A stretch of 64,000 nt of DNA, from the NCBI GenBank assembly GCA_040005235.1, contig JBDTZG010000008.1, positions 1 through 64,000 of the forward strand, read 5' to 3'. The notes beneath the pieces were generated by a model. That model saw only the letters and a program-made list of their open reading frames with translations. It did not search any database and was not told the origin of the DNA. The translations under genes were made by a program, and so were the position numbers. Origin of the DNA: Acidobacteriota bacterium (lineage in GTDB: Bacteria > Acidobacteriota > Thermoanaerobaculia > Multivoradales > UBA5704). Shown in pieces: positions 1 through 8,710 of this stretch (positions are counted from its first letter, which is position 1; every line of letters begins with the position of its first letter).

Positions 1-2452
1 CGAGACCGAAGGGCTGGTCGGCTTCTTCGTCAACTCGTTGGCGATCCGGATCTCGGCCGACGCGGAAGCCGGAAAGGCTCCCCGCTTGGGTGATTTGTTA
101 GAGCGGGCCCGAACGGCGGCGCTCGGCGCCTACGCCCATCAGGATTTTCCCTTCGACCGCCTAGTGGCGGAGCTGGGCGGCTCGCGCGGCGGCGGCATTC
201 CGCCGGTCTACCAGGTGGCGCTGGTGCTCCAGAACTTGGCCGAGCCGGTGCTGCTGCCGGGTCTTCGGACGACGGTCGAGGAGCTGGACGGCGGCCTCGC
301 GAAGCTCGACCTCGCCCTCGCGGTGGTGCCGTTCCACGAGGCGGGAGCGGATTCTTTCGCCGCCCTTCTGGAGCTGAACCTCGACCTGTTCGATCCGGCG
401 ACCGGTGCGCGGATGTTGCGCGGTTTCGAGGCGATGGCGCGGGAGATCGCGGCGCATCCGGACAGGCTGCTGGCCGAAGCGGAGCTGCTGGGGAGAGCGG
501 AACGGCATCAAATGCTCATCGAATGGAGGGGAGGGGACCGTTCGCCCGCGCCGGTGCTCCTGCAGGACTGGATCGCGAGGCATGCCTTGGAGCGGCCGTG
601 GGACTTGGCGCTCGAATCGGAGCACGAGCCCGGCCGGCGATATACCTGGTCGGAGCTGGCTGCGCACACGGACGCGTTGGCCCGGCGGCTCGCCGCTCTG
701 GGCGCCGGACCGGAGCGCGTGGTCGGCGTGTCGCTCGAAAGGTCAGTCGATCGACCGCTCGCGATGTTTGCGATCTGGAAGGCGGGCGCCTGCTATCTGC
801 CGGTCGATCCGGAGCTGCCGGTCGAGCGGCGGGCGCTGCTGCTGGCCGACGCGAACGCCGTGGTACTGATCGCACGGGAAGAGTTTTTCGTCGACCTGCC
901 GGCGGAGTTTTCCGGAAGGAATGGCAGGTTGGCGCCCCTTCTTCTCGGTCAGGAGAACGGATTGCCGGTGGACCTCGGGCCGGAGGCGGAACCGCTGAGG
1001 GCGTTGCCGGAAAACCTTGCGTACATCATCTACACCTCGGGATCGACGGGGACGCCGAAAGGGGTGGCGATTTCGCACCGCCATGCCGCGGGACATTTCG
1101 CGGCGGCGGCAGGTTTCTATCAAATGGATTCGACCGACCGCGTCGTGCAGTTCGCCGCGGCGAGCTTCGACGTCTCGATGGAGCAGGTCGGGGTGGCGCT
1201 CGCTTCGGGCGGCACACTCGTGGTGCGCGGCCCGGATTTGCCGCTCGATCTGTCGGCCTGGATGACGCGGCACAAGATCACCAACGCGAACCTACCGACG
1301 GCGGTCTGGACGGAATGGAGCCGGTCCGAGGCACCGTTGCCGCGCGATCTGCGGGTGCTGGTGACGGGGGGCGAGGCGATGACTCCCGCTGCCGCGGAGA
1401 GGTTTCGGTCGCGGCTCGCGGAGATGGAAAATCCGCCGGTCGTCTACAACGGCTATGGACCGACCGAGACGGTGGTGACGGCGACCTGCTATGACTTGAA
1501 GGTAGGGCGACTGCCGGAATCGGGCTCGGTGTCGATCGGCCGGGCGCTTCCGGGGCGGACGGCCCTGGTCGTCGATGCGGCGGGTCGCTTACAGACACTC
1601 GGCGGAATCGGCGAGCTGGTGCTCGGAGGGTTGATCGCGCGCGGCTATTTCGCTCGGCCGGAGTTGACGGCCGAGCGATTCCGCCCCGATCCCTTCGCCG
1701 AGAGAGCCGGCGCGAGGATCTATTGGACCGGGGATCGCGTCCGCCAGCGGGGCGATGGCTCGTTCGACTACCTCGGCCGCACCGATCAGCAGATCAAAGT
1801 CCGCGGCTTTCGCATCGAGCCGGGTGAGATCGAAGCGGCGCTCGCGCAACACCGGGCGGTTCACGATTCGATCGTGCTCGCCCGGGAAGTTCCAGGCGCG
1901 GGCCCGCGGCTGATCGCCTGGTACCGGCCCGAGGAGCCCCGCCCGGAGAACACGGAGAACGTCTCTTCGGCCGAATTGCGCGCCCATCTCGCTGCGCTCC
2001 TGCCGGACTACATGGTGCCCGCGGCATTCGTCGAGGTGGCGGAGTGGCCCATCACGCCCACGGGCAAGATCGACCGCCGCGCCCTACCCGGGCCGCAGCG
2101 CACGACCGGTTTAGAGCGGACGCCGCCGGGAACGTCCGTGCAGCGCCTCATCGCCGACCTCTGGCGCGAGGCGTTGCCGGAGCTGGGCGAGGATCTCGCG
2201 ATCGAGGACAGCTTCTTCGAGCTGGGCGGGCATTCGCTGCTCGCGGTTCGCATTACCTCCAAAGTGGCGGCGAATTTTCAGGTGGAGCTGCCGCTCAAGC
2301 GCCTGTTCGAAGCGCCGACCATCGCCGGCCTCGAAGCCGCGGTCCTCGCTGCCGAAGCGCGTCCCGGCCAGAGCGAGAAGATTGCCGGCGTCCTGCTGCG
2401 GATGAAAAGCCTGTCGCCGGAGGCGAAGGAGAAGCTGCTCGCCGGGGGGTAG
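1..2452 (+). CDS. NRPS terminal module (C-terminal part of condensation domain, adenylation domain, PCP); 5' end lies outside the window
   Basis: C-domain tail (AYAHQDFPFDRLV), A-domain cores YIIYTSGSTGTPKG, FDVS, NGYGPTE, YWTGD, GRTDQQIKVRGFRIEPGEIE, LPDYMVP, GKIDRRAL; PCP FFELGGHSLL; no TE domain. Confidence 0.95.
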   Translation, partial: ETEGLVGFFVNSLAIRISADAEAGKAPRLGDLLERARTAALGAYAHQDFPFDRLVAELGGSRGGGIPPVYQVALVLQNLAEPVLLPGLRTTVEELDGGLAKLDLALAVVPFHEAGADSFAALLELNLDLFDPATGARMLRGFEAMAREIAAHPDRLLAEAELLGRAERHQMLIEWRGGDRSPAPVLLQDWIARHALERPWDLALESEHEPGRRYTWSELAAHTDALARRLAALGAGPERVVGVSLERSVDRPLAMFAIWKAGACYLPVDPELPVERRALLLADANAVVLIAREEFFVDLPAEFSGRNGRLAPLLLGQENGLPVDLGPEAEPLRALPENLAYIIYTSGSTGTPKGVAISHRHAAGHFAAAAGFYQMDSTDRVVQFAAASFDVSMEQVGVALASGGTLVVRGPDLPLDLSAWMTRHKITNANLPTAVWTEWSRSEAPLPRDLRVLVTGGEAMTPAAAERFRSRLAEMENPPVVYNGYGPTETVVTATCYDLKVGRLPESGSVSIGRALPGRTALVVDAAGRLQTLGGIGELVLGGLIARGYFARPELTAERFRPDPFAERAGARIYWTGDRVRQRGDGSFDYLGRTDQQIKVRGFRIEPGEIEAALAQHRAVHDSIVLAREVPGAGPRLIAWYRPEEPRPENTENVSSAELRAHLAALLPDYMVPAAFVEVAEWPITPTGKIDRRALPGPQRTTGLERTPPGTSVQRLIADLWREALPELGEDLAIEDSFFELGGHSLLAVRITSKVAANFQVELPLKRLFEAPTIAGLEAAVLAAEARPGQSEKIAGVLLRMKSLSPEAKEKLLAGG

Positions 2453-4486
2453 TCAGGGGTTGGGCGGCTGGGAAGCGCCCCGGTCCAAACACCTCGTCGG
2501 CACCGACTTTTCCAGCGCCTCGGTCGAGAAGCCGACGGCGATCAGGCCGATCGTCAAAGCGCGTGTGTCGTTTGAGTCCTTCATGTTTTCGCTCGGTCGC
2601 CAGATCTGGCTGGAAGCCAGGTCGATCACCACCGGCCGGCCATCTGGTGCGATGCGCCCGGCGATCGGGAAGCGGGCGATCTGTTCACCGCCGGCCGGGT
2701 CGAAGCGGAAAGTACCGAGCGGGGTGCCGCCGAGCCTCGCCTCGACCTCGAAAGGCTTGGCTCCGAAGTGGGCCAGGTCGGCGGCCGGCGGCGTCCAGGC
2801 CCTGACGACCAGATCGCCGGAGGCGGAGGCGAGGCGCAGGCGAGATCTCGGCCCCATCCAGCGGAAGGGCTGCTCCCACTCGTAGAGGCCGGAGACGACG
2901 GCGTCTTCGCGCATTGCGACGCGGAAGTCGACGACGCTTAAGGCGGCGGCCGGGGGACCGAGGCCGGTCGGGGTGGCGCAGATCGGCACGACGGCGTTGC
3001 CCATCGCGTCGGCCCAGCGGTCGAGCACCTCGTTTTGCCGGCGCCGATCTTCCACTGTGGCACCCGGAGCGAAGCGTTCGCCCGCGATCGGACGGGGAAA
3101 CGTCGTGCGGAGGATCGTGCGCAAGGCGAGGCTGCCGTCATGGATGCCCGGGTAAGGGACCAGTCCGTCGGTGAGCGTCCACGGGGGCGCCCCCGGTTTT
3201 CCTGCTTCGGCGGCCAGCAGGCGGGCGAGCAAGTCGGCGTGGCCCCAGAACTGGATCGTGGCGGCGTTGGGGACTGCGTTCAGGCTTGGCAGCAGGTTCC
3301 GCCTTTCGCCGAGCAGCAGAGCGGCGAGCAGGATGGCGGCACCGACCCTCCACAGCCGCCGCCGTCCGGGAAACGCGTCTATAAGCAGGCCCAGGGAAAT
3401 GCACAACGGGGCGGCGAACGAGTAGTAGTAGCGGTTCGACGCCGGCAGGGCCGCGAAAGTCAAGTTGGGACGATTGAGGCCGATCGCGAAAGCGAGGGCG
3501 ATGGCCCCTCCCCAAAGCGAGAGCAGCACGTCCCGCCCTTGGCGGCCGTTTCGAACCGCGCGCAGGAACGCCCATCCGGCGAGCAGCCAGCCGGCGACCG
3601 AAGCAACGATCTTCAGCGAATCGGCCGGCGATAATGCGCCTACGGCGGTGATGAGGAAATGCCCCGGCGCGGTGCCGAGGATCTTCAGGAACGCGGGGAG
3701 GCCCTGGAGCGACGGCGAAGGGAACTCTTGCCCGGAGTATCGGGCATAAGCGGTGCGCATCAGCACCAGAACGACGACGCCTCCCAGGGTGAGAGCGATG
3801 GCGGCGCGCCGGGCGCGTCGCCGCTCCGGTCCGGCAGGGCCGAAAGAGGCCAGGACGAAGGCGAGCCAGGGCGCCGCGAGGCCGGGTAGCGCCCCGGTTG
3901 TGGCGGCGAGCCCTGCGGCACTCCAGAGCGCAGCGCGGGCCGGAGAGCCGGGCGCGGGCGCCCGGAAGAATTGCGCGAGCCCGACCAGCACGGCCACCCA
4001 GGCGCCCATCACGACCGCGGCGGTGGGGTACCAGACGGCGGTACCGGCGAAGCCCGCGGTGGCGCCATAGGAGATCGCCGCGGCGAAGCGCCCGGTACGG
4101 CCCGCGCCGGCCGCGCCCGCCAGCCGGCCGACCGCCCAGGCGCCGACGGCGTGGAGCGCGAACAGCGCAAGATGGAAGAATCGCGTGTCGGTACCGAATT
4201 CCCAGGTGCTGGCCGAAAACGCCAGCCGGCAGGCCGGGATCAGATGTTCGTTGTGGGGGAGAAACAACAGGTCGACGAATCGGTACTCTCCGGTCCGCCA
4301 GAGCGCCACCACGTCGAGCACGTCGAGATCGTCATACGAGAACGGGATCGAAAGGGCGGGAGCAAACGCCAAAAGCGTCGTGGCGAAGGCGCAAAGATAG
4401 AGCCACCACCCCTCGCGCGATGGGGAGGACTCGGGGGCCGTACCCTCCTCGCGGGGAGCTCTGGGACCGGGCGAATCGGCGATCAT
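2453..4486 (-). CDS. Multi-pass membrane protein, putative GT-C-fold glycosyltransferase with C-terminal extracytoplasmic domain
   Basis: N-terminal TM followed by 'FSYDD' acidic motif, many hydrophobic segments, 'RYYY' motif, C-terminal 'FRWMGP' beta domain; divergent from sugar-nucleotide genes. Confidence 0.6.
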   Translation of the reverse strand: MIADSPGPRAPREEGTAPESSPSREGWWLYLCAFATTLLAFAPALSIPFSYDDLDVLDVVALWRTGEYRFVDLLFLPHNEHLIPACRLAFSASTWEFGTDTRFFHLALFALHAVGAWAVGRLAGAAGAGRTGRFAAAISYGATAGFAGTAVWYPTAAVVMGAWVAVLVGLAQFFRAPAPGSPARAALWSAAGLAATTGALPGLAAPWLAFVLASFGPAGPERRRARRAAIALTLGGVVVLVLMRTAYARYSGQEFPSPSLQGLPAFLKILGTAPGHFLITAVGALSPADSLKIVASVAGWLLAGWAFLRAVRNGRQGRDVLLSLWGGAIALAFAIGLNRPNLTFAALPASNRYYYSFAAPLCISLGLLIDAFPGRRRLWRVGAAILLAALLLGERRNLLPSLNAVPNAATIQFWGHADLLARLLAAEAGKPGAPPWTLTDGLVPYPGIHDGSLALRTILRTTFPRPIAGERFAPGATVEDRRRQNEVLDRWADAMGNAVVPICATPTGLGPPAAALSVVDFRVAMREDAVVSGLYEWEQPFRWMGPRSRLRLASASGDLVVRAWTPPAADLAHFGAKPFEVEARLGGTPLGTFRFDPAGGEQIARFPIAGRIAPDGRPVVIDLASSQIWRPSENMKDSNDTRALTIGLIAVGFSTEALEKSVPTRCLDRGASQPPNP

Positions 4487-4551
4487 CGCCGCCTAGGATA
4501 TCTTTCGCCCGGCTTCGAACACGATTCGGACGAATACGAGGGTCTCACTCC

Positions 4552-5802
4552 ATGGATCATTCACCCCACTCCGCGGCCGATTCGGCCCCCGCCCCCCCGG
4601 CGTTCGATCGGGACGTCTGCGTCATTGGCGGCGGCGGTCACGTCGGTCTGCCGTTCGCGATGATCTGCGCGGAGAGCGGCTTGAAGACCGTGATCTACGA
4701 CACCGACCGCGCGAAGGTGGCCCAGATCGCGGCGGGAAAGATGCCGTTCCTGGAAGACGGCGCCGACGAGCTGCTGCCGCGGGTGCTCGCGAGCGGCCGG
4801 CTGGAGGTGACGGCCGACCCGCAGATGGAGCGCTGCCGATTCCTCGTGATGATCATCGGTACCCCCGTCGACGCGCACTTGAATCCGAGCTTCTCGGCGC
4901 TCCAGCGGGCGATCGACGCCTGCCGCGACCACCTGCGCGACGGCCACGTGCTGATCGTCCGAAGCACCGTTTTCCCCGGCACTAGCGAACGGCTGGAGCG
5001 CCATCTGCGCGAAGAGCTGAAGCTCGACGTGCGGGTCGCCTGCTGCCCCGAGCGGGTAGCGCAGGGGAAAAGCCTGGAGGAGTTCCGCACCCTGCCGCAG
5101 CTCGTCTCGGCGTTCGATCCCGCGACGCTCGAAGCGGTCAAAGGGTTGTTCGGCCGGTTCTGCCCCGAGCTGGTCGAGATGGCGCCGCTCGAAGCCGAGC
5201 TGTGCAAGCTGATGACCAACTCGTGGCGCTATCTGCAGTTCGCCGCGGTCAACCAGTTCTACATGCTCGCTTCCGACCACGACGTCGATTTCGAGCGCAT
5301 CCTCCACGGCTGCCGCCACAATTATCCGCGGATGAGCGGCATGCCCGGGCCGGGGCTCACCGCCGGTCCCTGCCTGGTCAAAGACACCCTCCAGCTCGCC
5401 GCGTTCAGCAACAACCAGTTCGTGCTCGGCCACGCCGCGATGCTGATCAACGAGGGGTTGCCCGCCCACCTGGTCAAGCTCGCGCGCCATCAGACCGACC
5501 TGGCCGGCAAGACCGTCGGCATCTTGGGCATGGGGTTCAAGGCGGAGAGCGACGATCCGCGCGATTCGCTCTCCTACAAACTCAAGCACCTGCTGGCGCT
5601 CGAAGCCGGTCCCGTCCTCTGCCACGACCCGTATGTGCCGGACGCGCGCCTGGTGCCGCTTGAACGCCTGCTCGCCGAGGCGGAAGTGATCTTCGTGGGC
5701 ACGCCGCATCGAATGTACCGAACGCTCACGATTCCTCCGGGCAAAATCGTGATCGACGTCTGGAACTGCCTGCCTTCCCCCGCGTCCGCCGACCCCGCGT
5801 GA
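4552..5802 (+). CDS. UDP-glucose/GDP-mannose dehydrogenase family protein
   Basis: VIGGGGHVGLP Rossmann motif, IVRSTVFPGT, CPERV, GPCLVKD catalytic Cys, GMGFKAESDDPRDS; start reassigned to ATG at 4552 inside ORF 3898..5802. Confidence 0.92.
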   Translation: MDHSPHSAADSAPAPPAFDRDVCVIGGGGHVGLPFAMICAESGLKTVIYDTDRAKVAQIAAGKMPFLEDGADELLPRVLASGRLEVTADPQMERCRFLVMIIGTPVDAHLNPSFSALQRAIDACRDHLRDGHVLIVRSTVFPGTSERLERHLREELKLDVRVACCPERVAQGKSLEEFRTLPQLVSAFDPATLEAVKGLFGRFCPELVEMAPLEAELCKLMTNSWRYLQFAAVNQFYMLASDHDVDFERILHGCRHNYPRMSGMPGPGLTAGPCLVKDTLQLAAFSNNQFVLGHAAMLINEGLPAHLVKLARHQTDLAGKTVGILGMGFKAESDDPRDSLSYKLKHLLALEAGPVLCHDPYVPDARLVPLERLLAEAEVIFVGTPHRMYRTLTIPPGKIVIDVWNCLPSPASADPA

Positions 5803-5824
5803 CGCCGTTTCCAAGGAGCGACGA

Positions 5825-6847
5825 ATGAAAGTACTGGTCACCGGGGCCGCCGGGTTCATCGCCGGCTATCTGATCGAAGAGCTGCTCGCCCAGGGCTTCG
5901 ACGTCATCGGCCTCGACAACTTCTCGAAATACGGCCCGCTCGAAAAGAGCTACAGCGGCCATCCAAAATATCGCTTCGTCGAAGGGGACGCCAAGAACGT
6001 AGACCTGATGGCCGGCCTGCTCGAAGGGTGCGATCACTTCGTCGCGGGCGCCGCGATGATCGGCGGCATCGCCTACTTTCATACCTTCGCCTACGACCTG
6101 ATCGCCGAGAACGAGCGGATCACCGCGGCGAGCTTCGACGCCGCGATCCGCGCCCACAAGGCCGGGAGCTTGAAGAAGATCACCGTGCTGTCGAGCAGCA
6201 TGGTGTTTGAAAACGCGACGCTCTTTCCGACCCCGGAATCGCACCTCGCCGACTGCCCGCCGCCGACCTCCACCTACGGATTCCAAAAGCTCGCCTGCGA
6301 GTATTTTGCCCGCGGCGCCCAGATCCAGTACGGCCTGCCGTACACCATCTGCCGGCCGTTCAACTGCGTCGGAACGGGGGAGCGCCGCGCGCTGTCGGAC
6401 GAAGAGGTCATGTCCGGCAACGTCAAGCTCGCGATGAGCCACGTGCTGCCCGACCTGATCCAGAAAGTCTTGAAGGGCCAAGATCCGCTGCACATCCTCG
6501 GTGCCGGCGATCAGGTGCGCTGCTACACCTATGGCGGCGATCTCGCGAAGGGGATCATCACCGCGATGCTCCACCCGGCGGCGGAGAACCAAGATTTCAA
6601 CCTGTCGATCCCGCAGGCGACCACCGTGCTCGAATTGGCCGAGGCGGTGTGGAAGAAGATCCATGGGCTGGAGAAACCTTTCCGTTATGTCTCCGACGCC
6701 CCGTTCACCTACGACGTCCAGCTGCGCGTTCCCGACGTGACCAAGGCGAAAGAGGTGATCGGCTTCGAAGCGGCAACCTCGCTCGACACCGTGCTCGACG
6801 AGGTGATTCCCTGGATTCGCGAGGAGCTGAAGTGGGGCCGGATCTAG
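5825..6847 (+). CDS. NAD-dependent epimerase/dehydratase (extended SDR)
   Basis: VTGAAGFIAG, YGFQK (YxxxK), RPFN; AAGGAG RBS upstream. Confidence 0.92.
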   Translation: MKVLVTGAAGFIAGYLIEELLAQGFDVIGLDNFSKYGPLEKSYSGHPKYRFVEGDAKNVDLMAGLLEGCDHFVAGAAMIGGIAYFHTFAYDLIAENERITAASFDAAIRAHKAGSLKKITVLSSSMVFENATLFPTPESHLADCPPPTSTYGFQKLACEYFARGAQIQYGLPYTICRPFNCVGTGERRALSDEEVMSGNVKLAMSHVLPDLIQKVLKGQDPLHILGAGDQVRCYTYGGDLAKGIITAMLHPAAENQDFNLSIPQATTVLELAEAVWKKIHGLEKPFRYVSDAPFTYDVQLRVPDVTKAKEVIGFEAATSLDTVLDEVIPWIREELKWGRI

Positions 6848-6867
6848 ACCCGGAAAGTGCCGGTCAG

Positions 6868-7602
6868 GTGGCGCCGCGCGCTTCGATCGTCGTGCCGGTG
6901 TTCAATGAAGGCGCCAACATCGCCGCGTTCTGCCGTCGAGCGCTGGAGATCTTTCCGGCCGACGCCGAGATCCTGATCGCCTACGATTTCGACGGCGACG
7001 ACACGCTGCCGGCTCTCGCGGCTCTCTCGGATGAGGAGAAACCGCGCGGCCTGCGGCTGGTGAAGAACGATCTCGGCCGGGGAGTCCGCTACGCGATCGA
7101 AGCGGGCATGCGCGCGGCGCGCTCGTCTGTAGTCGTCGTCTCGATGGCGGACCTCTCGGACGACTACGCGAAGCTCGAAGAGATGATCCGCCGAGCGGCC
7201 GAAGGAGCCGCCGTGGTGGTCGCGAGCCGCTACACCCAAGGGGGCGCGCAGCACGGCGGCCCCTGGCTCAAAGGCCAGCTGAGCCGCGCCGCGGGCGTGT
7301 CGCTCCATTACCTCGCGGGCCTGCCGACGCGCGATCCGACCAACAGCTTCAAGGCCTACCGCAAGGATTTCCTCGACCGCACTCCGATTGAAAGTCCGGC
7401 CGGATTCTGCCTCGCCCTGGAGCTGACCGCCAAAGCGCACTTCGCCGGCGAACGGGTCGAAGAGATCCCCGCCGAGTGGTGGGACCGCACGGCCGGGGAG
7501 AGCCGCTTTCAGCTGCGCAAGTGGCTGCCGCTCTACCTGCGGTGGTACTTTTGGGCGATAAAGCAGCGGTGGGTAGGGCGGCGGTCCGGACGTTCCGATT
7601 AG
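6868..7602 (+). CDS. GT2 glycosyltransferase, polyprenol-phosphate glycosyltransferase (DPM1-like)
   Basis: SIVVPVFNEG, MADLSD (DxD-like), VVASRY, DPTNSFKAYR; start (GTG 6868) approximate. Confidence 0.85.
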   Translation: MAPRASIVVPVFNEGANIAAFCRRALEIFPADAEILIAYDFDGDDTLPALAALSDEEKPRGLRLVKNDLGRGVRYAIEAGMRAARSSVVVVSMADLSDDYAKLEEMIRRAAEGAAVVVASRYTQGGAQHGGPWLKGQLSRAAGVSLHYLAGLPTRDPTNSFKAYRKDFLDRTPIESPAGFCLALELTAKAHFAGERVEEIPAEWWDRTAGESRFQLRKWLPLYLRWYFWAIKQRWVGRRSGRSD

Positions 7603-7612
7603 TGCGCAACGA

Positions 7613-8116
7613 TTACTCACCATACTCCAAGCTCTTGTCGAAAGCTGCGAAGATCGCCTCGTCTTCCGACCGGGGGTCGACGACGGAGATGTGAACATCA
7701 ACCCATTTGGCCTGGAAAATAAAATAGTAGTTGACGTTTCGGTGCCTTATGGATTTGCCCTGGAACTCTACGCCCATGTCGTATTGGACGCGAACGTATT
7801 TGGGTGTCTCTGAGACGACCACCGTATCCGGGTCGATGTATGGATTGCGCCGGGCCTTGGGCCAATAGAATTCATAACAATCTTTGGAGGAGCTTCCTGC
7901 GGCTCCAGGACTCTCGACGAACAAAGAGAGGTTGAAGCGCCCCGCGTTGCCCTTGAACGCGAAGTCGTCGCCGCTCTTGGCTTCTTCCGGGTTCGACAAG
8001 GGCGGAGAATCGAAGTGAATCGACCACCCCGCATCGGGAACCTTGACGTTCATTTCCTTTGCGAAGGCGGATCCTGAGACCGCGAGTGCGGCGATGAGCA
8101 AAACGACTCGTTTCAT
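7613..8116 (-). CDS. Secreted hypothetical protein (possible immunity-type gene)
   Basis: Signal peptide MKRVVLLIAALAVSGSAFA, GGAGA RBS; visibly more AT-rich than neighbours. Confidence 0.75.
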   Translation of the reverse strand: MKRVVLLIAALAVSGSAFAKEMNVKVPDAGWSIHFDSPPLSNPEEAKSGDDFAFKGNAGRFNLSLFVESPGAAGSSSKDCYEFYWPKARRNPYIDPDTVVVSETPKYVRVQYDMGVEFQGKSIRHRNVNYYFIFQAKWVDVHISVVDPRSEDEAIFAAFDKSLEYGE

Positions 8117-8270
8117 GGGTTCTCCCAATGTTGGATGCGATCCTCAACGGTGGCTCCGCCTACATTGACACCGGTTTCGTCGCTCCGTTGAGTTCTCGCC
8201 CTCGGCCGTCCCCCATGTCACCGGTCTGAAGTGTTACTCATGTCCCCGGTTTGTCTTGTCGCCGATTCGT

Positions 8271-8666
8271 CTACAGCCTGCAGGGCCGGCCGCATCCTTC
8301 CGGTTCCGGCAGCGCGATCCGCTCGGAGCAGAAGTCGATCTGCTCCTGGAGCGAGAACAACTCCACTTTTAGGAAAATGTAGGAGCCGCCGTAGCAGGCG
8401 TAATCCAGAGCGTTGATTGCCCTCTGGCAGTCGGCGAGAAGTTGGCGCGTGCGGCGCAGGTTGAAACAGCCGGAAACGTCGAGACAAGAGAGACCATTGC
8501 TCCGGCCACACTTGGTCGCCACCTCCTCGTCCAACGGGAAAAACACCGCGTCGGAGCAGTCGCGGGGAGGTTCGCCATAGCCGTCGCTCGCGCGGGCCGG
8601 CGTGGCGGAGGCGCCGACGTTGAGCAGAAACAGGCAGAAGACGACGGCGATTCGTGTGCGCGGCAT
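8271..8666 (-). CDS. Secreted Cys-rich protein resembling the Ntox16 toxin domain
   Basis: GAGGAG RBS, signal peptide, Cys pattern PRDC...L..EV...C...C...C...C...CYGG...C matching my recollection of Ntox16. Confidence 0.6.
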   Translation of the reverse strand: MPRTRIAVVFCLFLLNVGASATPARASDGYGEPPRDCSDAVFFPLDEEVATKCGRSNGLSCLDVSGCFNLRRTRQLLADCQRAINALDYACYGGSYIFLKVELFSLQEQIDFCSERIALPEPEGCGRPCRL

Positions 8667-8710
8667 GAGTCCTCCTCGGGGATTTCGATCTCGCCGAATT
8701 TCTAGGGGCT

